Below, piece after piece: positions 8,488-18,535 of a DNA stretch of 64,000 nucleotides. The DNA is from an uncultured Pelagibacteraceae bacterium (lineage in GTDB: Bacteria > Pseudomonadota > Alphaproteobacteria > Pelagibacterales > Pelagibacteraceae), in NCBI GenBank assembly GCA_902605995.1, contig CACLEQ010000001.1, forward strand, positions 5,751 through 69,750. Reading direction: 5' to 3'. The notes below the pieces were generated by a model. It made no database searches, was not told where the DNA came from, and saw only the letters and a program-made list of their open reading frames with translations. Position 1 is the first letter of the stretch. Each line of letters starts with the position of its first letter. A program made the position numbers and the translations under genes.

Positions 8488-9798
8488 ATGTTAGATAAAT
8501 ATTTTGAATATAAAAAACACAAAACAAATTTTAAAACAGAAGTTATAGCCGGCGTTACAACTTTTTTAACAATGGCATACATAATGTTCTTGAATCCGTT
8601 CATATTATCAGGTGAATTTGCAGGACCTGAAAAAGGCTTTTTTGATTTCGGAGCAGTTTTTACTGCAACAATAGTTGCAACAGCTCTTGCATGTTTCATA
8701 ATGGCTTTTTACGGTAAAACTTGGCCAATTGGACTTGCCCCTGGAATGGGTATAAATGCATTTGTAGCATTTGGGGTTGTGGCTGGTATGGGTTATACGC
8801 CTCAAGCAGCTTTAGGAGCAGTCCTAGTAGCAGGAGTATTATTTTTAATTATTTCTTTAACACCTATAAGAGCATGGTTAATTAATTCAATTCCAAAAAG
8901 TCTAAAACTTGGTATTGGGGCAGGAATAGGTTTGTTTTTAGCAATCATTGGCCTAGAAATTATGGGTGTGGTTGCTGATCATCCAGTAACATTAGTTACA
9001 CTAGGTGATATTAAAAACCCTTTAATAATTTTGGGATGTTTAGCATTTGTATCCATGATTGTGATGGAAAAACTTAATGTAAAAGGAAATATTATTATTG
9101 GAATAATTGCCTTTAGTATAATTGCTTGGATATCTGGTTTAGCTAAATTTAATGGCGTTGTTGGGAGTATACCACCAATGACCTATTTAATGGATTTTGA
9201 TTTAACTGCTGCTTTTACAGCAGGCATGTCTACAGTTATATTTACTCTTTTATTTATTGATTTCTTTGATACTGCAGGAACATTAACCTCTGTTGCTAAT
9301 GTCGCTGGCAAAGTTGATAAAAATGGAAAAGTAAAAGATATAGAGAAAGCGATGATGTCTGATAGTGTTGGGACTGTTGCTGGAGCTCTGATGGGTACTA
9401 CTACTGTTACAAGTTATGTGGAGTCAGGAGCGGGTGTAAAAGCTGGTGGTAGAACTGGAATGACATCATTAGTTATTGGTATATTATTTTTAGCTTGCTT
9501 GTTTCTCTCTCCGCTTGCAACAAGTCTTCCTAAGGAAATCGATGGAGCAGCACTTCTTTATGTCGCTGTTTTATTTGTAAGAAATATAACTGATATTGAA
9601 TGGGATGATATTTCTGAATCTGCACCCGCTGTATTAGCTATGATAGCAATGCCTTTAACTTACAGTATTAGTAATGGTATCGCACTAGCATTTATCTCCT
9701 ATGCTTTGATCAAAATTTGTACTGGAAAGTTTTCAACAACTTCTCCTGCTATTTGGGTTATTGCAATTTTAAGTTTCTTAAGTTTTGTAGTTGCTTGA
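8488..9798 (+). CDS. NCS2/AzgA-family purine (adenine/guanine/hypoxanthine) permease
   Basis: TEVIAGVTTFLTMAYI, APGMG.NAF, DFFDTAGT, SYVESGAGV..GGRTG. Start at ATG 8488 after AGGAGG. Confidence 0.93.
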   Translation: MLDKYFEYKKHKTNFKTEVIAGVTTFLTMAYIMFLNPFILSGEFAGPEKGFFDFGAVFTATIVATALACFIMAFYGKTWPIGLAPGMGINAFVAFGVVAGMGYTPQAALGAVLVAGVLFLIISLTPIRAWLINSIPKSLKLGIGAGIGLFLAIIGLEIMGVVADHPVTLVTLGDIKNPLIILGCLAFVSMIVMEKLNVKGNIIIGIIAFSIIAWISGLAKFNGVVGSIPPMTYLMDFDLTAAFTAGMSTVIFTLLFIDFFDTAGTLTSVANVAGKVDKNGKVKDIEKAMMSDSVGTVAGALMGTTTVTSYVESGAGVKAGGRTGMTSLVIGILFLACLFLSPLATSLPKEIDGAALLYVAVLFVRNITDIEWDDISESAPAVLAMIAMPLTYSISNGIALAFISYALIKICTGKFSTTSPAIWVIAILSFLSFVVA

Positions 9799-9805
9799 TC
9801 CAAAA

Positions 9806-9839
9806 AATAAACAGGGCTAATCAATTAGCCCTGTTTATT
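9806..9839. terminator. Bidirectional intrinsic terminator (16-bp perfect inverted repeat)
   Basis: aataaacagggctaat-ca-attagccctgtttatt between convergent permease and PRTase; T-rich on both strands. Confidence 0.75.
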
Positions 9840-10352
9840 AATTTCGATAATTTTTTCAATTGATAATTCCTCATAATGCTCAGTTGGTTGCACAATCCAA
9901 GGATCTGAATTTAATTTAATGGGGCAAAAATCTGGCTCGAATGATGATGATTTCTTTTTCCACAAACAAGCTGTCTTAACCTCTTTAATATAATCCTTAG
10001 TTGGACCGTAATTTTTTAACCATTCAATGCTTTTATTTAAGGTTAAACCTGTGTCTGATAAATCATCTATTAGAAGTACTCTATTAAAATCCTCGTTATT
10101 TGCTAAAGAACTTATTTCCCGAGCAAACATGAGTTCTCCTTGTTTGTCCTCAATACCCTTGCCCGAGTAACTTTGAATAACTATGTATGCTATTGGTAAC
10201 TTTAATATTCTTGATAAAATATCTATTATAGGTGCTGCGCCTCTCATGATGCCAACAAGAACTGTCGGTTTGTAATTCTTATGAATTAGTAATGCTAATT
10301 TCTCTACAATTTTATTATATTCGTTAAAGCTAATAATTAATTTGTCTGCCAT
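9825..10352 (-). CDS. Type I purine phosphoribosyltransferase (Gpt/Hpt-like)
   Basis: GIMRG, SY loop, PRPP loop VLLIDDLSDTGLT, W.VQP; adjacent to a purine permease. Confidence 0.85.
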   Translation of the reverse strand: MADKLIISFNEYNKIVEKLALLIHKNYKPTVLVGIMRGAAPIIDILSRILKLPIAYIVIQSYSGKGIEDKQGELMFAREISSLANNEDFNRVLLIDDLSDTGLTLNKSIEWLKNYGPTKDYIKEVKTACLWKKKSSSFEPDFCPIKLNSDPWIVQPTEHYEELSIEKIIEINKQG

Positions 10353-10414
10353 GGAAGTTTTTATAATATAAATAAATAAAAGTAAAAAAAAATTAAATAG
10401 TGAGTAGAGTGAAT

Positions 10415-10702
10415 ATGAAGGGTTATATTGTATGTGTTTATGAGGTTGTTAAAGACAAAGATGCTTTGAAAAATTATGCTCTAAAAGCCAAAGAAGCAGT
10501 AGAAAAACATAGTGGAAAATTTCTAATTAGAGGAGGCAAAAAAATAACCACAGAAGGGAATAAATTTGTAAGAACAGCAGTCATTGAATTTTCCTCATTT
10601 GATCAAGCAAAAAAATTTTTTTATTCTAGTGAATACAAAACAGCACATGATTTATTAAAAAATACAGTTGTAAGACACCACCAGATTATAGAAGGCAATT
10701 AG
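10415..10702 (+). CDS. DUF1330 family protein
   Basis: GY.V, GKFLIRGG, EG....R..VIEF.S...A..F..S.EY; ATG 10415 preferred over GTG 10400. Confidence 0.85.
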   Translation: MKGYIVCVYEVVKDKDALKNYALKAKEAVEKHSGKFLIRGGKKITTEGNKFVRTAVIEFSSFDQAKKFFYSSEYKTAHDLLKNTVVRHHQIIEGN

Positions 10703-11334
10703 TATTGTATTGGCTTAGGATCAATACTTCTCCATAAATACCATGTAGCAACAGAACAGTATGGTGAAAATCTTTTATTAAGCAGATTTACAAATTTGTC
10801 TGGAGGTAAATATTTTTTCTTATAATTTTTTGAGATTGCTCTTAAAAGTCCAATATCCTGAATAGGCCAAATGTTAGACCTATTATATGTAAACAGAAGA
10901 ATCATTTCTGCAGACCATCTTCCAATTTGTTTCAATTTTGATAAATAATTTATAGCATCCTCATCTGACATTTTATTTAATAATCTAGGATTAAATGATT
11001 TATCGAGTATTTGATTAGCAAGGTTTTTTATACCTAAAACTTTCTGGCGACTTAAACCACATTTTTTTATCTGAGAAAAAGTTAATTTTGAAACAGTTTT
11101 GGCATTAATCTTATTTTTACATTTTACTTTAAATTTTAAAAAAACAGAATCAGCTGCTGCAACACTAATTTGTTGTCCAATAATACTTTTGCAAAGAGAG
11201 AAAAAAATATCTCTTCGAGACGTTAAAATAGTCTCTGACGGACTTTGATAATTCTTAATCAATTTAGACATTATCTTATCTTTCTTTGACAAATATTTTT
11301 TTGCTTTACTCCAATATTTTGGAACTTTAGTCAT
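10699..11334 (-). CDS. alkA: DNA-3-methyladenine glycosylase II (HhH-GPD)
   Basis: IIGQQIS..AA, GLSRQK, HhH L..LKQIGRWSAEM, P..D, PY.S.A..YLW. Confidence 0.88.
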   Translation of the reverse strand: MTKVPKYWSKAKKYLSKKDKIMSKLIKNYQSPSETILTSRRDIFFSLCKSIIGQQISVAAADSVFLKFKVKCKNKINAKTVSKLTFSQIKKCGLSRQKVLGIKNLANQILDKSFNPRLLNKMSDEDAINYLSKLKQIGRWSAEMILLFTYNRSNIWPIQDIGLLRAISKNYKKKYLPPDKFVNLLNKRFSPYCSVATWYLWRSIDPKPIQY

Positions 11335-12211
11335 TAATTATTTCAGAAGTAGTAATTTTCTTTTTATAAATTTCTCTTCTAAAAATAATCATAGTAGAAA
11401 TTATAACTAAAGCGGCACCAAATAACGTCTTGATTGTTGGTACTTCATTCCAAATGAAATAACCAAAAAAAATTGCAAAAACTAGACCCAAATATTTAAG
11501 CGGTGTAACTAAAGATACTTCTGACAATTTAAATGATTGGCTTAACCATAAATTTGCAACTCCACCAAATATACCAACCATAGATAATAATAAGAAATCT
11601 TTAAAATCTGGCATTACCCATCCCTGTGGAATACTAAAGAAACTTAAAATAGTTATGGCTAAAGAAAAATAAAAAGAGATAAGCCAAACTGGTTCTGAAG
11701 TTGAAAGTTGTCTAATGGCTATTGCAACATATGAGAGTCCTAAACAAAAAATTATTGGAAAAATATAATAAATATTCAAAGAGGAGATACCAGGTTCAGT
11801 AATGACTAAAATTCCTATAAATCCAACTATCACTGCTAACCATCTGTATACACCGACCCTTTCATTTAACAAAAAAATTGAAAAAATAGTTGTAAAAATT
11901 GGAGCAGCAAAGGAAATACTTACAACAGTTGCTAACGGTAAGCTTCTTAATGCAATAAAAATAGCTACTAAAGCAATTAATCCAGACAAACATCTTAAGA
12001 AATGAAGTCCTGCTCTCTTAGTGAGGTAGAAATTATGTAATCTTTCTCTAGGAATTATGAAAAAATAAAAAATTATTCCAAAAAATCCTCTAAAAAATAA
12101 AACTTGTCCAATTGGATAAGCAGTTGACCATTTTACTATTACATCCATAATCGAGAAAGCACAAACGGACATAAACATGTACAAAAAGCCTAATTGATTT
12201 TTACTTAACAT
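11327..12211 (-). CDS. DMT/EamA family transporter
   Basis: About 10 TM helices; duplicated EamA pattern (FFRG, LNERVG, WNEVP). Confidence 0.9.
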   Translation of the reverse strand: MLSKNQLGFLYMFMSVCAFSIMDVIVKWSTAYPIGQVLFFRGFFGIIFYFFIIPRERLHNFYLTKRAGLHFLRCLSGLIALVAIFIALRSLPLATVVSISFAAPIFTTIFSIFLLNERVGVYRWLAVIVGFIGILVITEPGISSLNIYYIFPIIFCLGLSYVAIAIRQLSTSEPVWLISFYFSLAITILSFFSIPQGWVMPDFKDFLLLSMVGIFGGVANLWLSQSFKLSEVSLVTPLKYLGLVFAIFFGYFIWNEVPTIKTLFGAALVIISTMIIFRREIYKKKITTSEIIND

Positions 12212-12246
12212 AAGAATAATTTGTAAATTAATTTAATTTATAATCA

Positions 12247-12690
12247 ATGGAAATAGCAGTTTTAGCTCTTGGGTGTTTTTGGGGACCAGAAATTAAATTT
12301 AGTAAAATTGAAGGTATTATAAAAACAGAAGTAGGATACTGTGGTGGTAATAGTTCTGTGACAACCTATAAGGAAGTTTGTTCAGGGGAAACAAATCATG
12401 CTGAAGTTGTTAAGCTTGATTTTGACGAAAAAATTATAACTTACGAAAAAATTCTAAAAATTTTTTTTCAAATTCACGATCCTACTACTCTCAATTCTCA
12501 AGGGCCAGATTTTGGGACTCAGTATAGAAGTGAAATTTTTTACCTAAATGATAAACAAAAAATGATAGCTGAAAGGATATTGCAAGACGTAAATGAAAGA
12601 TTATCAGGAAAAGTTGTAACTAAAATTTCTTTTTTAAAAAACTATTGTCCTGCAGAAGAGTACCACCAAAAATATTTAGAAAAAAAATAA
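12247..12690 (+). CDS. msrA: Peptide-methionine (S)-S-oxide reductase
   Basis: GCFWG, HAEVV, HDPT, QG.D.GTQYRS, AEEYHQKY. Confidence 0.95.
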   Translation: MEIAVLALGCFWGPEIKFSKIEGIIKTEVGYCGGNSSVTTYKEVCSGETNHAEVVKLDFDEKIITYEKILKIFFQIHDPTTLNSQGPDFGTQYRSEIFYLNDKQKMIAERILQDVNERLSGKVVTKISFLKNYCPAEEYHQKYLEKK

Positions 12691-13506
12691 ATGTCTTTAG
12701 TAGAGTCAGATTGGTTAGATAAAAATATTAATAAAGTAAAAATAATTGATTGTTCCTGGCACATGCCTCAAACTAATCGAGTCGGTCTCGATGAATATAA
12801 AAATCAACATATTCCAAATGCAATATTTTTTGATTTAGATAATAATTCTAAAAAAAATACCGATCTACCTCATATGTTAGTAGAAATAAAAGAATGGGAA
12901 AAAATCGTGTCTCAAATGGGAATTAAAGAAGAAGATGAAATTATCATTTACGATAATTCAGACGTAATCAGTTCATGTAGATGTTGGTTTAACTTCATAT
13001 ATTTTGGACATGATCCTAAACTAGTTCATGTTTTAAATGGGGGATTAAAAAAGTGGATTTCTGAGGAGAGAAGAGTTACTAAAGAAATAACAAATGTTCA
13101 GACATCTAGATATAAAGCTTTAGAAAGAAAAGAATTAGTTAAGAATAAAGAATTAATTAATCTCAACATAAGTATTCAAAAATTTAAAGTAATCGATGCT
13201 CGAAGTAAAGAGAGATTTGAGGGAAAAGTTCCAGAACCAAGAAAAGGTTTAAGAAGTGGAAATATAAAAAACTCTTTTTGTATACCCTTCAATCAATGTT
13301 TAAATCTTGATAAAACTTTCAAAAATAAAGAAGACCTTAAAATAGTTTTTAAATCTTTCTTAAAAAATACTAGTGAACAAAATATAGTTTTTTCATGTGG
13401 TTCAGGAGTTACTGCGTGTGTTTTGGCACTAGCTTATTCGCTAATAAATGATAAATATCATCCTTGTATTTATGATGGCTCTTGGGCTGAATACGGCATA
13501 ATTTAG
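12691..13506 (+). CDS. sseA: Sulfurtransferase (3-mercaptopyruvate sulfurtransferase/rhodanese)
   Basis: HIPNA.FFD, IDARS..RF.G..PEPR, active site CGSGVTA, YDGSW.E. Confidence 0.9.
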   Translation: MSLVESDWLDKNINKVKIIDCSWHMPQTNRVGLDEYKNQHIPNAIFFDLDNNSKKNTDLPHMLVEIKEWEKIVSQMGIKEEDEIIIYDNSDVISSCRCWFNFIYFGHDPKLVHVLNGGLKKWISEERRVTKEITNVQTSRYKALERKELVKNKELINLNISIQKFKVIDARSKERFEGKVPEPRKGLRSGNIKNSFCIPFNQCLNLDKTFKNKEDLKIVFKSFLKNTSEQNIVFSCGSGVTACVLALAYSLINDKYHPCIYDGSWAEYGII

Positions 13507-13512
13507 ATTAAA

Positions 13513-14382
13513 ATGAAAAGATCAAAAAAAATTATTTCTATACTATTAGTATTTTTTTTAGTCATAGCGATTGTGATTATTGGAAGAGTAATGATAGGCA
13601 ATCATTTTAAAAAAAAGTTTAGCAAAAGACCCCCTCCAGGAGTAATGGTTACAAAAGTTATTAAGAAGGAATTTTCAGAAAAAATTGAAACTTTTGGCAC
13701 TGCTGTTTCAAAAAAATCTAAAACATTTAAAATTAAAAAAGATGATCTTTTTGAGGATTTAGAATTAAGAAATTTTGTAAAAAAAGGAGATATCTTAATA
13801 AAATTAAAAAGTGGGAATATCTTGGCCCCATTTAATGGTGTTTTGGGCTACACTGGTCTAACGGAGGATATTCTTGTATCAAATAATATAATTATTATAA
13901 CACTCGATGATAACTCAACGATATATTCTGATATAAAAATTCCTGAGAATTACTCAACTTCAATAAAAAAAGGTTTGCCTGTAAATGTTAAAATATCTAG
14001 TTACAAGGATAAAATTTTTCAAGGTGAAATTGATTTTGTTTCAAGTAGAATTAATGCAGACACAAGAAGTTTACTATCTAGAATAAAAGTAGAAAATAAG
14101 AACTTAGATTTGATTTCAGGATCTTTATTAGAGGTGAGCGTTAAATTTAATTTAAGAAATTCATTAAGTGTTCCTGATACAAGTGTGATGGTAGAAGGGG
14201 ATAAATCATATGTCTACAAAATTACAGATGAAAATGTTGCTAATAAAACTGAGGTAATAACTGGCCTTAGATCTAATAAAAATATCGAAATTCTCTCTGG
14301 ATTAGATGAAGGTAATATTATTGTAGCAGAGGGTTTAAAAAAAGTAAGACCTCGAGGAAAAATAAAACCTATAAGTAAATAA
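13513..14382 (+). CDS. RND efflux periplasmic adaptor (MFP) lacking the alpha-helical hairpin
   Basis: N-terminal TM; VKKGD.L and ILAPFNG lipoyl half-motifs; beta-barrel and membrane-proximal motifs (SVP..SV, GL..G..IV.EG); abuts the RND gene. Confidence 0.9.
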   Translation: MKRSKKIISILLVFFLVIAIVIIGRVMIGNHFKKKFSKRPPPGVMVTKVIKKEFSEKIETFGTAVSKKSKTFKIKKDDLFEDLELRNFVKKGDILIKLKSGNILAPFNGVLGYTGLTEDILVSNNIIIITLDDNSTIYSDIKIPENYSTSIKKGLPVNVKISSYKDKIFQGEIDFVSSRINADTRSLLSRIKVENKNLDLISGSLLEVSVKFNLRNSLSVPDTSVMVEGDKSYVYKITDENVANKTEVITGLRSNKNIEILSGLDEGNIIVAEGLKKVRPRGKIKPISK

Positions 14383-17300
14383 ATGTTTATCACAGAACTA
14401 AGCATTAGAAGACCAACTGTATCTTGGGTGATGTCTCTAATTTTAATTATATTTGGTTTATTTGTCTTTTGGAAACTACCTGTAAGAGAACTACCTGATG
14501 GGATCCAACCACCCGTTGTTCAAATACAGGTAGATTATAAATCTGCAGCTGCCTCAATTATAGATCAAGAGGTGACTCAAGTTTTAGAAGATGTCATAGG
14601 AGGTGCAGAGGGTATCAAAAATATAGACTCTAAATCAGAGAATGGCAGAAGCACTATTAATGTAGAGTTTGATACTAGTATGGATTTAGATAATGCAGCA
14701 AATGATATAAGAGAAAGAGTTGCAAGGGTTGTAGATAATTTACCATCAGAATCTGAACCTCCTCAAATATTAAAAAGAGCTGCAGGATTTACCACTACCA
14801 TGTGGTTATCTTTGTCATCATCTACATGGAGTGATCTTGAATTAGGAGATTATGCTGAGCGTTTTTTAATAGATCAATTTTCAAGTGTTAAAAATGTAGG
14901 AAGAATAAGGGTAGGTGGATTAAGAGAATTGAGTATTAGGGTTTGGGTTGATCCAATTAAACTAGCAGCAAACGATTTAACAATACAAGAATTAGAGCTA
15001 GCTTTAAGAGGTGAAAATATTAGTCTGCCAGCGGGTACTCTTGAAGCAGATAATATTGATCTCACTCTAAATTTAGATAAATCCTATAATGATATAAATT
15101 CTATTAAACAACTCCCAATAAAAAAGACGAATAACAAAGTTATTTTGTTATCAGATGTTGCTAATATTGAGTTTGGTCCAGTTTCAGAGAAAACTCTATT
15201 TAAAGCTCAAACTAAAGATCAAGTAAATTTAAAAACCGTTGGTATTGGTATATACGCAAGAAGCGGAGCATCTACAGTTGAACTTTCAGATGATATAAAA
15301 AAAAGAATTATTGAAGTTAAAAAATCTCTACCTGAAGAATTAGATTTAAGGGTATCTTTTAATAGGGCAAACTATGTAGAGGCAGCAATTGAGGAAGTGT
15401 ACAAAACCCTAATTATTGCATTCATTTTAGTTGTATTAATAATATATTTATTCCTAGGTAATCTTAAAGCTGTAATAGTACCAGCCATAGCTCTTCCAGT
15501 AAGCTTAATAGCTTCGTTCTTGGGTCTTTATATTTTTGGACTTTCAATAAATATTTTTGTTCTTTTAAGTTTTATATTGGCTATTGGAATAATTACTGAT
15601 GATTCAGTAATTATGACTGACGCAATATATAGAAGGATAGAAAATGGTGAAACACCATTAATTGCAGCATACAAAGGTTCCAAACAAATTTCATTTGCAA
15701 TAATAGCTACTACTTTAATTTTAGTAGCTGTCTTTCTTCCTCTAATTTTTATAGAGGGAATATCAGGAACATTATTTAAAGAAACAGCAATAACTTTATC
15801 TTTTTCTATAATAGTATCCTCTTTTGTAGCTCTAACTTTGTCTCCTATGCTTGCAAGTAAATTTTTATATAAAAGAAAGTCAAAAAAATTAGTTATTCAG
15901 AAATTTGAGAAAATTTTCTTAAGCTTTGCTAATTTTTACAAAGAAACTCTAGATATAATCGTTAACAAAACAAGGATTGTTGGTTTTTTTATTATTTTTA
16001 TAATTTTTTCATCAATTTTATTATTCACATTCTCAAAGAAAGAACTCTTACCTATGGAAGATCGTGGAGCTTATTTAATAATTGGCGCAACAGATGAAGG
16101 AAGTTCTTTTGAATATACTCAGGAACAAGCCCAAAAAGTTGAAGCTCGTTTGCTCCCACTTTTACAAACTCAAGATAGCCCCTATTCTAGATTTATAATG
16201 AGAGTGCCTGGTTTTGGGAGTTCAGCTAATTCTTATAATAGTTTCATTATCATAGCACTACTTGACGATTGGAAAAATCGAAAAAAAAGTCAGCAAGTTG
16301 TTTTAAGAGAAGCGATAGGAAAAATTGTTACTCTCCCCCAAGCATTGGCTTTTCCGATTTCACCACAATCCATAAGAATATCTAATTATAATAAACCTGT
16401 ACAAATGGTAATTTACGGAAATACTTATCTTGAATTAGAGGAGATTCAAAAGAAGGTAATAAGAAAACTTCGATCAAATAAAAATCTCTCAAGAATTGAG
16501 TCTGATTACAATCGAAACAAACCAGAGGTGAAATTAATAATTAATAAGAATAAATCAAAGGATTTGGGGGTTTCAACAAAAACAATTGGAGAAACTTTAG
16601 AAACACTTTACGGAGGCAAAAGAATAACTACTTTTAATAAACGTGGAAAAGAATACCCAATAATTGTTCAGCAATATTTATCGGATAGAAGAAATAAGGA
16701 TGGAATTTCGAAAATATTTTTACGCTCAGAAACCAATGGAAAACTTATTTCATTAGCAAATCTAGTCAGTTTTAAAGATGAAGGAGCTGCAAAACAATTA
16801 GCTAGATATAATAGACAACGGGCTGTGACTGTTTCCGCCAATATTAATGAAAACTACACTTTAGTAGAGGCTATAAAATTCTTTGAAAATGTTATGGTTG
16901 ATATATCTCCAAAAAATCAAATCACATGGAAAGGAAAATCTGAAGAATTAAAAGAGACAAGTAATGAATTATTTATAATCTTCGCTTTAGCCTTGTTAAC
17001 TGCATATTTAGTAATGGCAGCAACTTTTAATTCTTTTATTCATCCGTTTATAATAATTTTGACTGTCCCACTTGCTATTTTTGGAGGATTGGTATTTATT
17101 TTATTTCTAAACAGCTCAATAAATATTTTCTCTCAAATTGCCCTAATTATACTGATAGGTATTTCAACAAAAAATAGCATTTTAATTGTAGATTACGCTA
17201 ATCAAATTAGAACTACCGGAAAGAGTATCGAAACAGCTGTGAGGGAGGCTTGTTCTGTAAGATTTAGACCAATTATTATGACATCACTAAGCACAATGAT

Positions 17301-17511
17301 TGCAATGATGCCACTAGTCATAGGAAATATTGGTCCAGGCGCAGGTGAAGGATCAAGATTAGCTGTGGGATCGACTATTTTGGGTGGAATGATTATTTCT
17401 ACTTTTTTTACTCTGTATATAACTCCCTCAATGTACTTAGCTCTAGCACAAAACACTAAAAGAATTGATGCTGTAGATATTGAATTGAAAAAAGAATTAT
17501 CTAAAAAATAA
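14383..17511 (+). CDS. RND efflux permease (AcrB/AcrD/AcrF, HAE1 family)
   Basis: 1042 aa; IRRP, AIGI.TDD (proton-relay DD), LTLSP.LA, KNSILIVD, RFRPIIMT. Confidence 0.95.
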   Translation: MFITELSIRRPTVSWVMSLILIIFGLFVFWKLPVRELPDGIQPPVVQIQVDYKSAAASIIDQEVTQVLEDVIGGAEGIKNIDSKSENGRSTINVEFDTSMDLDNAANDIRERVARVVDNLPSESEPPQILKRAAGFTTTMWLSLSSSTWSDLELGDYAERFLIDQFSSVKNVGRIRVGGLRELSIRVWVDPIKLAANDLTIQELELALRGENISLPAGTLEADNIDLTLNLDKSYNDINSIKQLPIKKTNNKVILLSDVANIEFGPVSEKTLFKAQTKDQVNLKTVGIGIYARSGASTVELSDDIKKRIIEVKKSLPEELDLRVSFNRANYVEAAIEEVYKTLIIAFILVVLIIYLFLGNLKAVIVPAIALPVSLIASFLGLYIFGLSINIFVLLSFILAIGIITDDSVIMTDAIYRRIENGETPLIAAYKGSKQISFAIIATTLILVAVFLPLIFIEGISGTLFKETAITLSFSIIVSSFVALTLSPMLASKFLYKRKSKKLVIQKFEKIFLSFANFYKETLDIIVNKTRIVGFFIIFIIFSSILLFTFSKKELLPMEDRGAYLIIGATDEGSSFEYTQEQAQKVEARLLPLLQTQDSPYSRFIMRVPGFGSSANSYNSFIIIALLDDWKNRKKSQQVVLREAIGKIVTLPQALAFPISPQSIRISNYNKPVQMVIYGNTYLELEEIQKKVIRKLRSNKNLSRIESDYNRNKPEVKLIINKNKSKDLGVSTKTIGETLETLYGGKRITTFNKRGKEYPIIVQQYLSDRRNKDGISKIFLRSETNGKLISLANLVSFKDEGAAKQLARYNRQRAVTVSANINENYTLVEAIKFFENVMVDISPKNQITWKGKSEELKETSNELFIIFALALLTAYLVMAATFNSFIHPFIIILTVPLAIFGGLVFILFLNSSINIFSQIALIILIGISTKNSILIVDYANQIRTTGKSIETAVREACSVRFRPIIMTSLSTMIAMMPLVIGNIGPGAGEGSRLAVGSTILGGMIISTFFTLYITPSMYLALAQNTKRIDAVDIELKKELSKK

Positions 17512-18103
17512 GATATTTATTTTTATTTAAAGAATCCTTGCAGCTTGATAATTGTTTTTTATAAATATTAGATTGTTTTTCAACTCTTTTTGCTAATCTA
17601 ATAACTTTTTCATTTTTTTTATAATATTTATAATTGCCCCATCCTTCATGGTATGCAAGATACTGTTTAAAAGCATCTTTTTTAGAAATTTTTAGAATAG
17701 TTTCAGTTTTATTTGTATACCAACCAATAAAATCAACACTATCTTTAAATCTTGCTCGAGTGGCAACTTTATTACCCGTTTCCCTTTTGTATTGTTCCCA
17801 TGTACCTTTTACCGCTTGAGAATAGCCAAATGAACTTGATGGTCTTTTAAAAGGAATAATTTTAAATATTTTTTGTCTTGGTGGCTTTGCTAACCAATCA
17901 AAATCAGACTCCATTCTTATTATTGCTAATTGCAAATATATTGGAGTACCCCATTTTTGCTCGACCTTTTTTGCGTGTTTATACCAAAAATATCTTTCAT
18001 CAAATATATCACAACTATTAGATACATTTTTTGGTATTGAGGAACATGCTGAAAAAATAAGAAAAAATAGAATTAAAAATTTATTGAAACTTTTTCTTTT
18101 CAT
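17501..18103 (-). CDS. Lipoprotein with a transglycosylase SLT-like domain
   Basis: Lipobox FSAC; AIIRMES (catalytic Glu), SSSFGYSQA, YLAYHEG. Confidence 0.85.
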   Translation of the reverse strand: MKRKSFNKFLILFFLIFSACSSIPKNVSNSCDIFDERYFWYKHAKKVEQKWGTPIYLQLAIIRMESDFDWLAKPPRQKIFKIIPFKRPSSSFGYSQAVKGTWEQYKRETGNKVATRARFKDSVDFIGWYTNKTETILKISKKDAFKQYLAYHEGWGNYKYYKKNEKVIRLAKRVEKQSNIYKKQLSSCKDSLNKNKYLIF

Positions 18104-18495
18104 TTTTTATAATTTTTAAAAGAATTATATATTTTCCAATAAGAATATATAATTAATACACCCACAACATTTCCAAATAAATCAGAAAATTCAAAACCCC
18201 GATTTGGGATAATAATATGCATGAGCTCTAGGCTTATGGAAATAAAAAACAAATATACAAATAACAAATTTAATTTTTTTCTTTCATATGATATGTAGCC
18301 TAATAATGATAAAGTTATAAAAGCGTAAACGTGATTGGATGATACAATAAAATCTGAGGTAATCTGTGGTTGAAGACCAGCATCCTTATATAATATCCAC
18401 CCTAATATACTTCCTGGAAACAAATAAAGTATGATAAGTACCGCATTAGCTAAGTAGAAAATTTTTTTTAAATATGAAAAAAATTTGTTAAACAT
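18100..18495 (-). CDS. VanZ-like family membrane protein
   Basis: H..AF, E..H.IIP.R.FE..D...N..G. Confidence 0.8.
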   Translation of the reverse strand: MFNKFFSYLKKIFYLANAVLIILYLFPGSILGWILYKDAGLQPQITSDFIVSSNHVYAFITLSLLGYISYERKKLNLLFVYLFFISISLELMHIIIPNRGFEFSDLFGNVVGVLIIYSYWKIYNSFKNYKK

Positions 18496-18535
18496 CTATA
18501 GTATTTTAATTATATTAAAAAATTTACTATAAGTA

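Noticed and set aside
18100-18495. VanZ as a glycopeptide-resistance gene
   Set aside because: VanZ-like proteins are widespread with unknown function, and no van cluster is present.
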